This document shows positions 1-9,710 of a stretch of 64,000 nucleotides of DNA, one piece after another (the first letter of the stretch is position 1; every line of letters begins with the position of its first letter). Made by a program: the position numbers and the translations under genes. Under the pieces are notes generated by a model. That model searched no databases. It was given only the letters and a program-made list of their open reading frames with translations, and had not been told where the DNA came from. The stretch is from Staphylococcus phage LY01. Location: sequence record OR836606.1. One strand, given 5' to 3'.

Positions 1-1
1 C

Positions 2-1192
2 GCAGGAACTTCTAAAGCCACCGGTCTAGAGACTATTCAAGAAGCTATAGATAGAATACCTAAATATATACCTTATGGAAAAAATTGTTATATTCGAGTC
101 TATGGTAGTTATAATAAAGATGAAAGTCGAGTAGGTATATTTGGATTTAATGGTGGTGGAAGCTTAACTATTGAGTTATGGGAGAAAGCTAGTATAAACA
201 CTAGATTTTATCTAAGAGGTAATAGTTGTTATGTGGCATTTATAGGTACTGATGGTCGAGCTTATAATAAAATTACTGAACCTGATGAAGAATATCCTTA
301 TGTATTCCTTATATCTGGGTGTAGTTATGTTTATATATATAAAATATCTCTAGGGAATTTAGGTACTAGGAGTTCAAACGCTATAGTTTCTTCAGAAGGT
401 TCTAAAGTTCGTATAAGGGATATGATGGTATATAATAGTCATATACCTTTTAAAACAGAGTTAATGGGAAGAATATATTCAGGCGGATTAATTTACGGTA
501 AATCTAAAAGTTATTCTTACATTGCCGAATCTGGCTCATTTATTCATTTATATGGTGAATGTGCTGGCACTTACGGTGGAGTTCCCGAAACTAAATCTGC
601 TCACGGTAGTTCAATACTGAAAGATTCAGGTGTTGTTTTCAATAGTGATAAAGCTGTTACTACTCCACCCGCACCTACTTCTAAGACAGTCACTTCATAT
701 GAAACTAAATCATTCTCAGCTTTAAGTGCAGCTCACTATGTAACTAGTGGTTTCTGGAGTCAATGGAACCCTGGTTATGCAATGGGTGGACGTTGGGGAA
801 CTATGCCTGGTGAGATGGGTATATGGATCTTCCCTTCAACTATGAAATCTACGCTTAAAGGTAAAGATATTACTAAAGTACAGATTACTATAACACGTGT
901 TAATGGTATAGGTTTATGGGCACAAGAAATTTCTGGACAATTAAGAATGCATAAACATACTTCTAAGCCTTCAGGTGCTCCATCATTCTCAAACGAATAT
1001 TATACATTCAAGCTTGTTGGAGGTAAGACTAAGACATTTGATATTACAACTAAGTTTAAATCATTACTTAAATCAGGTTCATATGCTGGTTTTGGTATTA
1101 AATCTCCTTATACACAAAGTTATTATGCGGCTTATTCTAAGACTTGTAAAGTAACAGTAACTTATAAAGTTACTAAGACTGTTTATGTCTAG
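2..1192 (+). CDS. tail fibre/tail spike-like structural protein, 5'-partial (runs off the window start)
   Basis: Frame 2 is open from nt 2 with no stop, so the track ORF at 233 (GTG) is only an internal codon. G/S/T/Y-rich beta-rich composition and position next to a fibre-like gene suggest a fibre/spike. Confidence 0.55.
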   Translation, partial: AGTSKATGLETIQEAIDRIPKYIPYGKNCYIRVYGSYNKDESRVGIFGFNGGGSLTIELWEKASINTRFYLRGNSCYVAFIGTDGRAYNKITEPDEEYPYVFLISGCSYVYIYKISLGNLGTRSSNAIVSSEGSKVRIRDMMVYNSHIPFKTELMGRIYSGGLIYGKSKSYSYIAESGSFIHLYGECAGTYGGVPETKSAHGSSILKDSGVVFNSDKAVTTPPAPTSKTVTSYETKSFSALSAAHYVTSGFWSQWNPGYAMGGRWGTMPGEMGIWIFPSTMKSTLKGKDITKVQITITRVNGIGLWAQEISGQLRMHKHTSKPSGAPSFSNEYYTFKLVGGKTKTFDITTKFKSLLKSGSYAGFGIKSPYTQSYYAAYSKTCKVTVTYKVTKTVYV

Positions 1193-1206
1193 AAAGGTGG
1201 CACATT

Positions 1207-1950
1207 ATGTCTGATTATGAAAATATATATGGAGAACTTGTAGAGACTAATGAAGATGATATTTTAATTAACGAAGATCAATATGTCATTACTACGGACG
1301 GAAAAGAAAATTATACTTCCGTCTATAGTTTTGACGATTATTCAAATACTGTTATTAATAATGATCAAAATTTTGTCGATAATGAAAAAGAAATTATTGA
1401 TGAAGAAGTTAAAGAAGAAATTAAGAATGACGACCCAAGAAATACACATCTTTTAATAGTTTTAAATCCTGAAAGTATGACAGTTTTCCAAATTTCATGT
1501 ATAAATAGAATGACACTTGAGAATAATGTAATGGGTATTGGAGATTATTTTGATGATGAAGAGGAATTTTATGAAATTAATACAATGGATAAAGAATCAT
1601 TTATAGTTGTTGAAAAAGATGATGAGTATAATATAAATACTATTAAACCCGGAACTATTTTAGATCCTAAAATTATGGAAAAAGATGTTTCATATGAATT
1701 CATAGAAGATAATAGAGTCAGTTCTAAAAATGAAGTTGATGATCTCAAGAAAAAACTTGAAGAATCAAATAAAGAATTATTATCTACTAGAGAAGAATTG
1801 ATAGAAACTCAAAAAAGACTGGTCGAATCTGAGAAAAAGGCATTACAGTCTTTAAATTCAGTTAAATATGCTGAAAAGATGAATGTAGATATTACAATGC
1901 AATTATTACAGCTTCAAATGACACTCAATCAAGTCTTAGATGATAATTAA
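1207..1950 (+). CDS. hypothetical acidic coiled-coil protein
   Basis: 247 aa ORF with ATG and an upstream GGTGG/AGG-like RBS. D/E-rich N-terminal half, heptad-like C-terminal half. Confidence 0.6.
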   Translation: MSDYENIYGELVETNEDDILINEDQYVITTDGKENYTSVYSFDDYSNTVINNDQNFVDNEKEIIDEEVKEEIKNDDPRNTHLLIVLNPESMTVFQISCINRMTLENNVMGIGDYFDDEEEFYEINTMDKESFIVVEKDDEYNINTIKPGTILDPKIMEKDVSYEFIEDNRVSSKNEVDDLKKKLEESNKELLSTREELIETQKRLVESEKKALQSLNSVKYAEKMNVDITMQLLQLQMTLNQVLDDN

Positions 1951-1987
1951 AACATTAGTTTATAAATTAAAAAGGAGTGTTTTTAAT

Positions 1988-2326
1988 ATGCCATATTTTG
2001 TTTTAGATCCTCGTTCTTACATGGTAATTTATCATGCAGGACTTGTTGTTAAAGGTACTATCACTTTAGATGAAGTTACTGAAATAATGGGATTAAGAAA
2101 ATACGTTATTGAAGTTTTAGAAGAAATGGGTTATAATTTCGAATCAGGTAAAATCGAAGAAACTGAAGTTTTAGAAGAAATTGATCCTATTGAAGCGGAA
2201 CATATGGTTGATGAAGCTGTAGAAGATTCAGAAGTTCAAGGGATCGGACGAGCTACAGAAGTAGACCCTCAAGAAGAAGACCTTGAAAATCCTTCATCAG
2301 CTCAAGGCGGAACTTTGCCGCATTAG
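1988..2326 (+). CDS. hypothetical acidic protein
   Basis: ATG at 1988 has AAAAGGAG 11 nt upstream. The track start at 1940 is a non-ATG codon. The stop is immediately followed by the repeat element. Confidence 0.55.
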   Translation: MPYFVLDPRSYMVIYHAGLVVKGTITLDEVTEIMGLRKYVIEVLEEMGYNFESGKIEETEVLEEIDPIEAEHMVDEAVEDSEVQGIGRATEVDPQEEDLENPSSAQGGTLPH

Positions 2327-2329
2327 TTT

Positions 2330-2617
2330 TAATAACGTTAAATAACATGACAATTATTAAGTTACAATAACCAAGTAACTTAAATCACAAGGGGAGGGCT
2401 GAGCCCTTAGACATATAATAGTGTCAACATGGTTATCTGATGTGAAGCGTTTATATGACTCATATATATATAAGAAGATTATAAATGAATTGATCTAAGC
2501 TAATGTATCTTAGTACAGAAACCGAAAAATCCAGTTTAAAACTGCTACAACAATTAAGTTAATTGATTTTAATTATATTGTTGTAAAATGTTTTAAACGC
2601 TATGAGATTTTACAGCT
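2330..2617 (+). mobile_element. IStron-derived miniature element, copy 1 (lacks ribozyme core and tnpB; keeps the RE/omegaRNA-like scaffold)
   Basis: About 290 bp non-coding repeat, about 90% identical to copy 2 at 4527-4808. Its 3' ~170 bp (ATGGTT(A/C)TCTGATGTGAAGC...TTATGAGATTTT) is near-identical to the reverse complement of 53616-53790, the segment immediately 3' of tnpB. Flanked by imperfect duplications of the upstream gene's 3' end (GGAACTTTGCC / GGAACTTTACC). Confidence 0.6.
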
Positions 2618-2898
2618 GGAACTTTACCTAATCAGTAATTCTTATCAACGTTAATTAAATAAAGAAAATAGAACATATTTATATGAAAGTTATTTACATA
2701 AATATCTTTCATACAATTTCTTTGTTCTTGTCTATCTTTATTCTTTTTTCTTTTAATTTTGGCAAAGTCTTCAAAAAGTCCCTAACATTCTTAATTGAGT
2801 GTTAGGGACTTTATTTTAACCCAGAAATTTGTAAAAAGCATCAATTCTATTAAAGAAACAAAGTTTTATAATAAAAAATAGGATGTGAAAAATAAATT

Positions 2899-3396
2899 AT
2901 GAAGGATGATAATAATAAAAACAATAATAGAGAAGATAATTTAAGTGTTGAAGAAGCAAATAGTTTAGTTATTAGATTCTATTATTTTCTTAAGCAGTTT
3001 AAATATTATATAACTCCTATTTTCTTATCTGTTTATTCTTTAGTTTATGGCTTCCAATTTGTTTTTCGAACAAGAGAAGCTTATAGAACATCAGATATTT
3101 ATGTAGCCATTTCCCATTTTATGGACTTAAGAACCTATGGTTTATTTTTAATTATTGGCGGATTATCCATATCAGCTTCACTATTCTTAGATAATTTTAT
3201 GACTAAACCTTTAATGACTATAGGTGCGTTTATTAACTTCGCTCTATTTTTAATATATGCTATTATATCTATGGATATTGCAGGTATGCAATCAACTATA
3301 ATTTTAAAAATTTTCATCTCTTTTTTAAATTTCTTCTTTGCAGTATTTACAATTCTTGAAATGAGAACGGAATCTATTATAAATGGAAGAAAATAA
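2899..3396 (+). CDS. membrane protein (about 4 predicted TM helices)
   Basis: ORF with AGGATG-type RBS context and several long hydrophobic segments. Confidence 0.55.
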   Translation: MKDDNNKNNNREDNLSVEEANSLVIRFYYFLKQFKYYITPIFLSVYSLVYGFQFVFRTREAYRTSDIYVAISHFMDLRTYGLFLIIGGLSISASLFLDNFMTKPLMTIGAFINFALFLIYAIISMDIAGMQSTIILKIFISFLNFFFAVFTILEMRTESIINGRK

Positions 3397-3940
3397 TAGA
3401 AGATTGTATGAAAATAATAGATCCATAACTGAATTAGAATTACTAAAGTCAAATAATTCATTGAAAGAAGAAATTGAGGAGAAATTTGATAAAAAAATAG
3501 ATGAAGTTAAATCCGAGAGTCGAAAAATGAGTAGCACTTTAGTACGTGTAGAAGTATTACTTGAGAATATGGGTAAAAACACCGAAGAAATTAGAAAAGA
3601 AATGAAAGAAGATAGAGAAAATAGAAAAATTGAAGAAGAAGAAAGAAAAAGAAGACATTATGAATTAGAGTCACAGATACATTCTGTTAAACAGGAATTA
3701 AATCAAAATGTTGAACAAGTTGAAAGAAAAATAACTAGTGACATACAAGATTTAAGATTAGGTTTAGACAGTAAACTTAATATAGAAGACTTTGAACTTG
3801 AGTTTAAAAAAATTGAAGAAAGTTCTAATGATGAAAAAGATAGTAAAACTTTTAAAAGAAATTTATTTGTCAATGTAGTATCTTTAATATTGGCTCCTTC
3901 AGTAATCTTAGATATAATTAGAAGAATATTTGGAGGATAG
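3383..3940 (+). CDS. coiled-coil protein with C-terminal TM anchor
   Basis: K/E-rich heptad sequence ending in a hydrophobic tail (LFVNVVSLILAPSVILDII). Confidence 0.55.
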   Translation: MEENNRRLYENNRSITELELLKSNNSLKEEIEEKFDKKIDEVKSESRKMSSTLVRVEVLLENMGKNTEEIRKEMKEDRENRKIEEEERKRRHYELESQIHSVKQELNQNVEQVERKITSDIQDLRLGLDSKLNIEDFELEFKKIEESSNDEKDSKTFKRNLFVNVVSLILAPSVILDIIRRIFGG

Positions 3941-3976
3941 ATTTAAATATTTATTTTGATAAAAAGGAGAAATGTT

Positions 3977-4513
3977 AAATTGAAAAAAAATTTAAAAATT
4001 GGTAAAGATAAATATATTAATGTATTACTTAGATTTAAAAATAAAGCGTGGACAGCAGCTTTATTAATTCAATTAGTCAACGTAACTATTTTCTTAATTC
4101 GTGCTTTTGGTGGAGAAGTTTCTGGTGATACTGAAACTAATATTTTAAGTATCGTACAAGTTTTAGCAGGTGTCTTATCTAGTTTAGTTGGTCGTTTTGT
4201 AGATAGTACAACTGAAGGTTTAGCTGACTCTGAACGTAACTTAGTTAAAAGTAGTCCTACTACAAATAGTGAAAAATCCCTTCAAGCAATGGACTATGAC
4301 GGTAAAATTCTCCCTCCAGTGAAGCCTTTTTTGGAGCAAGAGAGCAACCAAGAAACTACAAACTTACCAAAGGGTCTAGAAACTTTCGATAATGAATATT
4401 TAGAACATCAAGTTTTTGTGGAAGATGATGAAGGATTAATTGAATCAGTTGTTAGAGCTGATGCTAACTACAATCCTGAAATTTTAGGTGGAGGATCCGG
4501 CGGTGATCTTTAA
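3977..4513 (+). CDS. small 2-TM membrane protein (holin-like candidate)
   Basis: TTG at 3977 sits 8 nt after AAAGGAG, and the nearby upstream ATG hits a stop after 3 codons. Two hydrophobic helices then an acidic tail. The stop is followed by repeat copy 2. Confidence 0.5.
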   Translation, partial: KLKKNLKIGKDKYINVLLRFKNKAWTAALLIQLVNVTIFLIRAFGGEVSGDTETNILSIVQVLAGVLSSLVGRFVDSTTEGLADSERNLVKSSPTTNSEKSLQAMDYDGKILPPVKPFLEQESNQETTNLPKGLETFDNEYLEHQVFVEDDEGLIESVVRADANYNPEILGGGSGGDL

Positions 4514-4526
4514 CGGCAATATTTTT

Positions 4527-4808
4527 ATTAACGTTAAATAACATAACAATTATTAAGTTATAATAACCAAGTAACTTAAATCATAAGGGCGAGCTGAGTC
4601 CTTAGGCGCATAATAGTGTCAACATGGTTCTCTGATGTGAAGCATTTATAAAGATCTTTCTATTAAATTAATAGGAATAACTTTATAAATGAATTGATCT
4701 AAGCTAATGTATCTTAGTACAGAAACCGAAAAATCCAGTTTAAAACTGCTACACAATTTTTAATTATATTGTTGTAAAATGTTTTAAACATTATGAGATT
4801 TTACAGCT
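4527..4808 (+). mobile_element. IStron-derived miniature element, copy 2
   Basis: Same repeat as 2330-2617, identical over the omegaRNA-like part to the tnpB 3' flank. Both flanks carry GGAGGATC(C/T)G..GATC, an imperfect duplication of the 3' end of the preceding gene. Confidence 0.6.
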
Positions 4809-4933
4809 GGAGGATCTGCTGAAGATCAATCAAATTAATATATTTTACGGTAACATTCATTAAATTGAATGTTACCGTTTATTTTATAAAAAATTTTAAT
4901 ATACATATAACGTTATTATTATAAATATACACT

Positions 4934-5596
4934 TTGCTAAAGGAATTGAATAAAAAAATGCCTAAAAAGAAAAAAGAAGTGCCCAAAAAAATATTAAATA
5001 AAATTGAAGAAGTTAAAAATTGTAATATTGAGTATAAAAGTGTAAATGATAATGAAATTATTATTTTTATAGATGGTCATGAAGTTTATCAATATCTTAG
5101 ACATAGAAAAAGCGGAATGAGAACTTATGATCCTTTACACACATATAAAAAAGAATTAAAGAAAAGAATGAAAGAAGAATTAAAAGATAGTTATATAAAG
5201 GATATTATCAAAAATAATTTTGAAAGTCCTATTGAATTTGAATTAATTACAGAAAGAAATCCTTGTAATAATACTGATTCTATAAAGCTTATACTATTTA
5301 AACTTTTAGGATTAATTAAGAGAACAAATACTCCTGATGTTGATAATTTCCAAAAAACTACATTCGATGTTATGAATGAAATGTTTTGGAAAGATGATGC
5401 ACAGATATTTAAAGTAACTTCTCTTAAAAAATACTCTAGTGATTTCAAAGATAAAACATTTATACATATCAAATATGTAAAAGATGATCTAGAAGAATCT
5501 AAAGGTAGAATGAATAAAGTATTATTAAATAAATATAAATTATTAATAGAAAAAATAAAAGAGAAAAGAATGGAGAATAATAACAATGAGAAATAA
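4934..5596 (+). CDS. hypothetical protein
   Basis: 220 aa ORF, lysine-rich, no recognisable motif. Confidence 0.55.
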   Translation: MLKELNKKMPKKKKEVPKKILNKIEEVKNCNIEYKSVNDNEIIIFIDGHEVYQYLRHRKSGMRTYDPLHTYKKELKKRMKEELKDSYIKDIIKNNFESPIEFELITERNPCNNTDSIKLILFKLLGLIKRTNTPDVDNFQKTTFDVMNEMFWKDDAQIFKVTSLKKYSSDFKDKTFIHIKYVKDDLEESKGRMNKVLLNKYKLLIEKIKEKRMENNNNEK

Positions 5597-6092
5597 TAAA
5601 AACGTATTGGTTAATGAAGAAAAAGATATTAGAGATTTACAATTAATAATGAGAATTAGAAATAATATTATGAATTATATTGATTTAGAAAATACAATTG
5701 ATATTATTCGTGATGTTATTAATAAATCTGAAAATTTTAAATTTAGATCCGAGGCGGCAGAAAAACATATTGATGTTAAAAAACCGACATTTGTTATTAA
5801 ATTAGATGATGAAAATCTACATGCTAAAAATAAACAAAGCTTTCAGGGAAGTAATGATGAATATGAAGACTATTTAAGACAATACGAAGAAGATGTAGCT
5901 GATAAATTAGACAAAGAAGTATTGAAATATATTGGTCCAGCTATTTTTGATTCTATTAAAGAAGATACAGAATTGGATGAATTAATGAAAAATAATGAAA
6001 TTGAGATGAAAGATTTAATGGTTACTAATATTTATGTATATAAATTATCAGATCCATACACAAATGTGATCAATCTTTCATTATTCGTTTAA
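5586..6092 (+). CDS. hypothetical protein
   Basis: 168 aa ORF overlapping the previous stop (ATGA), suggesting translational coupling. Confidence 0.55.
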   Translation: MRNNKNVLVNEEKDIRDLQLIMRIRNNIMNYIDLENTIDIIRDVINKSENFKFRSEAAEKHIDVKKPTFVIKLDDENLHAKNKQSFQGSNDEYEDYLRQYEEDVADKLDKEVLKYIGPAIFDSIKEDTELDELMKNNEIEMKDLMVTNIYVYKLSDPYTNVINLSLFV

Positions 6093-6154
6093 TTAAAATC
6101 ATAAAACATCAACTTATTATTTAAATAAAAATGAAAGTTTGGTGAAATTTAATA

Positions 6155-9151
6155 ATGGAAGATAAAGAAAAAAATCTTCTTCAAATAAATGAAGAAATAA
6201 ATTCTATTAAATCAAAAATCAATTCTTTATTACAAGAACAAGATAGCATTAAAAATCTATCAGAAGATAATAAAAATAAGATTAATGTCTTAAATACAAA
6301 TATTGATTCTTTAGATAAAGAAAATGATAATTTAATAGAAAAATTAAGAAATTTAGATGGTAGTCATGATATAGATTTAGATTTATCTAACTATGTTACA
6401 CTTGATACATTAAAAACTGAATTAAGAAAATATCAAAAGTTAAGTATTGATTATATTGATAGTATTGCTGAAAGTGGATGGGATTCTGATATTAAGGGTA
6501 ATCTAGATTCTTTAAATGGAAGAGTTTCATCTAATGAAGAATCTCTATCTGTAACAATGTCTAAAGTTAATAAGTATGAATCATCTATACAATATTTAAG
6601 TACTAAAGTGGAACAAACTGCAGAATCAATTAAGAGTATAGCTACTGATTATACTCTTAATGAAATTAATGATAGTATTACTAAATTAGAATCATTTAGA
6701 GAACAGACAGCTAGGGTTTTACAAGACACGGTTACTAGAACTGATATAGATACAGTTAAGAATAAAGTAACTGAATTTGAAAGTCAGGTATCTCAATTCG
6801 CAGACTTAATAGAGCAAACAGTTTCTAAATCTGAAATTGATGGCATTGTTATTGGCGGTAAAAACTTATTAGAGAATTCTTTAGCTGTTTCGGGTAACTG
6901 GTTATTAAAACCGGATACTTTAAGCTCATCAAATCCAGATGCTTTAACTTTTGGACAAGACAATGATGGTAAAAGTTATTTTACCATTAATACTGAAGGT
7001 ATTGAAGGACAAGTAGGTGCTCAAAGTTATAATGGTTTTAAATTGGAATACAATGAGACTTACACTATTTCATTTGATTTTAGATCAGATACATTTAATA
7101 GACTTGATTATTGTTATTTTATTGATCCTTCTGGAAATTATTCTACACCAATTGCTGAAAAGTATTTAGATATTGATGAAGAATGGCATAGATATTCATT
7201 TGTATACAAACAAACACTGACTGGAAGAAATAATACTAAATTACTTCTTGGAGTGGATACCGACCTTAATGGTTTGAGTGGTACATTTGATATTGCTAGA
7301 GTTAAAATTGAAAGAGGTAGTGTTTCTTCCGACTGGACGGCTGCACCTGAAGATTATGATAACATGCTAGAAAACTATAATAAAACTATTAATGATAAAA
7401 TAGCTAATATCGAAAAGAATGCTGTAGGTTTAGGGGATACTGTCACTGAGGCGTTTAAAGATGGTATCATCTCTAATGCTGAAAAAATTGCTATTGATAA
7501 ACAGAAAAATGTTATTGATAAAGATAAAGCTGAGATAGATAAAATTTTTAATACCCTTTATCCTAATAAAATGATGTCTAATTCAGTAAAAACAGATTTA
7601 AAAAATAAATATGATTTATTTAATGAGAAATACAATATATTAATACAAGATATAACTAATACTATTAGTGACGGTATAGCTAATCAAGAAGAAGTAGCTC
7701 AATTTAATACTAATTACTTAAGATATAATGAAGCTCAATCAGATATTAAAGATTCTATTCAAAAAGCCATTGATAGCATTTCTAATGGTTATGCTGTTAC
7801 AGAAGCTAGTAAAATTACTGTTGGCGGTATGAACTTAATTAGTGTTGGAAATATTACACCTATTGGTTCTGCATCTTTAACTAAAAATAATTATTTAGAA
7901 TATGGAGAACTTAATGTAGCTTTAACTGCTAATGGGCAAGGTATTAAATTTAAATTAGATAAAGTTAGAAGTAGACGTGAACATACATTAAGTTTCAATT
8001 TAGAAAAGAAAACTGGTACATTAACTAACGTTGATATTAATATACCTAATTCAACTATAACTAATATTTTTGTTAATGGCGTTGCTAAAGGTCAAGATTC
8101 ACGTAATATTACTTTTGATGACACTTCTGCTTTAACATTGATAGAAGTGACATTTATTCCTAATGATTCATTTACAACTGATACATTAATTAATATGGTT
8201 ATTAATAAAAACGGAAATTTTCCAATGTCAGTTGATGTTGAAGGGTTAAAAGTTGAAGAAGGTAATAAATCTACTGCTTGGCAACCATCTATTAAAGATA
8301 GTAATGCTAGAATTACTAATATGGAAAGTAGAATTACACAAACAGAAAATAATATCGCTTTAAGTGTTACTAAAGAAACTTATAATGCTGATAAAACTAA
8401 GATAGAAAAAATGGGGTCTGCATTATCTCTATTAGCTGATGGTATTACTATGTCATCATCATCTAATAATAAATTGTCGACCTTTGATATTGACCCTAGT
8501 AGTATTAAATTAAAATCTAATATGGTTGATATTAATGATGGTGATGTTATTATTTCTAATGGAAGAGCTACTATTAAAGAAGCTGCCATTACTAATTTAA
8601 TGTCTAAAAATATTGTAGTTCAAACTATGTTGGATGCTATGGGAGAAGTTAAAGGTGGTATTACTATCAAACGACCTGATGGAGGTTATTTAATATATAA
8701 CGGTATGCCACGATTTACTACATCTTATGTGCGTTCAGAACCAGGGGTCCAAGATTTAATGTCTAATGGTACTCCTAGATTTAAAAATGTTGGCAATGCT
8801 TTTATGTTTAGCGATAAAACTACAGGTAACTATTTTAGACGTGTTATGACACTATATGGTCAACATGAAACTAGATGGTTACACATAGGTATTTGGTATG
8901 CCACTCCTCAATGCGGAATTGATATTAAAGTGGATTCATTTAATGATCAAAATGGAGTGTTCTTTGATAAAACTGTATCTATACCTAAAGACGCATCAAC
9001 TAGCGTAACTAAAACAAAACATAAAGAAATTATTGTAGATATGGGTATTCCGGCACAATCTATAGCTTCTATAGCAATTCGTGCAAGAGTTAAACCGGGT
9101 GAAAAAGGTAATGCTTGGATACTTAACTCATACGTTTATGGTAGAAACTAA
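6155..9151 (+). CDS. tail fibre/receptor-binding protein with N-terminal coiled coil
   Basis: 998 aa. The N-terminal ~250 aa are a heptad coiled coil, followed by beta-rich N/T/S/G-rich repeats. Typical long-fibre architecture. Confidence 0.65.
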   Translation: MEDKEKNLLQINEEINSIKSKINSLLQEQDSIKNLSEDNKNKINVLNTNIDSLDKENDNLIEKLRNLDGSHDIDLDLSNYVTLDTLKTELRKYQKLSIDYIDSIAESGWDSDIKGNLDSLNGRVSSNEESLSVTMSKVNKYESSIQYLSTKVEQTAESIKSIATDYTLNEINDSITKLESFREQTARVLQDTVTRTDIDTVKNKVTEFESQVSQFADLIEQTVSKSEIDGIVIGGKNLLENSLAVSGNWLLKPDTLSSSNPDALTFGQDNDGKSYFTINTEGIEGQVGAQSYNGFKLEYNETYTISFDFRSDTFNRLDYCYFIDPSGNYSTPIAEKYLDIDEEWHRYSFVYKQTLTGRNNTKLLLGVDTDLNGLSGTFDIARVKIERGSVSSDWTAAPEDYDNMLENYNKTINDKIANIEKNAVGLGDTVTEAFKDGIISNAEKIAIDKQKNVIDKDKAEIDKIFNTLYPNKMMSNSVKTDLKNKYDLFNEKYNILIQDITNTISDGIANQEEVAQFNTNYLRYNEAQSDIKDSIQKAIDSISNGYAVTEASKITVGGMNLISVGNITPIGSASLTKNNYLEYGELNVALTANGQGIKFKLDKVRSRREHTLSFNLEKKTGTLTNVDINIPNSTITNIFVNGVAKGQDSRNITFDDTSALTLIEVTFIPNDSFTTDTLINMVINKNGNFPMSVDVEGLKVEEGNKSTAWQPSIKDSNARITNMESRITQTENNIALSVTKETYNADKTKIEKMGSALSLLADGITMSSSSNNKLSTFDIDPSSIKLKSNMVDINDGDVIISNGRATIKEAAITNLMSKNIVVQTMLDAMGEVKGGITIKRPDGGYLIYNGMPRFTTSYVRSEPGVQDLMSNGTPRFKNVGNAFMFSDKTTGNYFRRVMTLYGQHETRWLHIGIWYATPQCGIDIKVDSFNDQNGVFFDKTVSIPKDASTSVTKTKHKEIIVDMGIPAQSIASIAIRARVKPGEKGNAWILNSYVYGRN

Positions 9152-9169
9152 TATTTAATTAGAAAGGAC

Positions 9170-9637
9170 TTGAATATTTTGTCAGAAGAAAAGAATGAAG
9201 AAAAAATTATGATGGATTTAGCAGTAACAGTGGACGATGAAGGAAATATACTTGATTATGAGACTTTACAATATGAAGATGAACCTACAACTCTTCATTT
9301 AAAAACTAAAATTCCTTTCATTTATCAAGATCAAATTGATAAGTTTTACGTATATATGGAAGGTTTTAAACCAGTAGTTAAATTAAAAGAAAATGAGACT
9401 ATTGATGAAAGTAGATTGATGTCAGAAGAAGAAGCAGAATCATATTTACAGCGAAAAAAAGAAAGAGTTAGACACATGAATATGATGAGTAAAGAACTAT
9501 CTAAAGGAGTGGATACTAACTTTAGTGGAACTTATGGTGGAGATGATTTCAAAATAACCGGAGATAAGACAAACCCTTTAGATGGTCTTGATGCTTTTGG
9601 AAGAAAAATAACTGATGATACAAACTATTTCAGATAA
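9170..9637 (+). CDS. hypothetical protein (TTG start)
   Basis: 155 aa ORF with AGAAAGGA RBS-like context. Confidence 0.45.
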   Translation: MNILSEEKNEEKIMMDLAVTVDDEGNILDYETLQYEDEPTTLHLKTKIPFIYQDQIDKFYVYMEGFKPVVKLKENETIDESRLMSEEEAESYLQRKKERVRHMNMMSKELSKGVDTNFSGTYGGDDFKITGDKTNPLDGLDAFGRKITDDTNYFR

Positions 9638-9650
9638 AAAAGCAGTATTA

Positions 9651-9685
9651 ATCCCCTAACCTTAAATTAATAAGGTTAGGGGATA
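9651..9685. terminator. bidirectional rho-independent terminator between convergent genes
   Basis: Perfect 13 bp stem TCCCCTAACCTTA/TAAGGTTAGGGGA with an AATTAA loop. T-run on the plus side and A-run (T-run on the minus strand) on the other. Marks the strand switch. Confidence 0.7.
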
Positions 9686-9710
9686 TTTTAAAGATTAATT
9701 AATTTTTAAT

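Noticed and set aside
2330-2400. Possible tRNA or small structured RNA in the 5' part of the solo repeats (hairpin AGGGCTGAGCCCT)
   Set aside because: No cloverleaf with anticodon arm could be drawn. The hairpin is more consistent with a terminator for the upstream gene or part of the element end.
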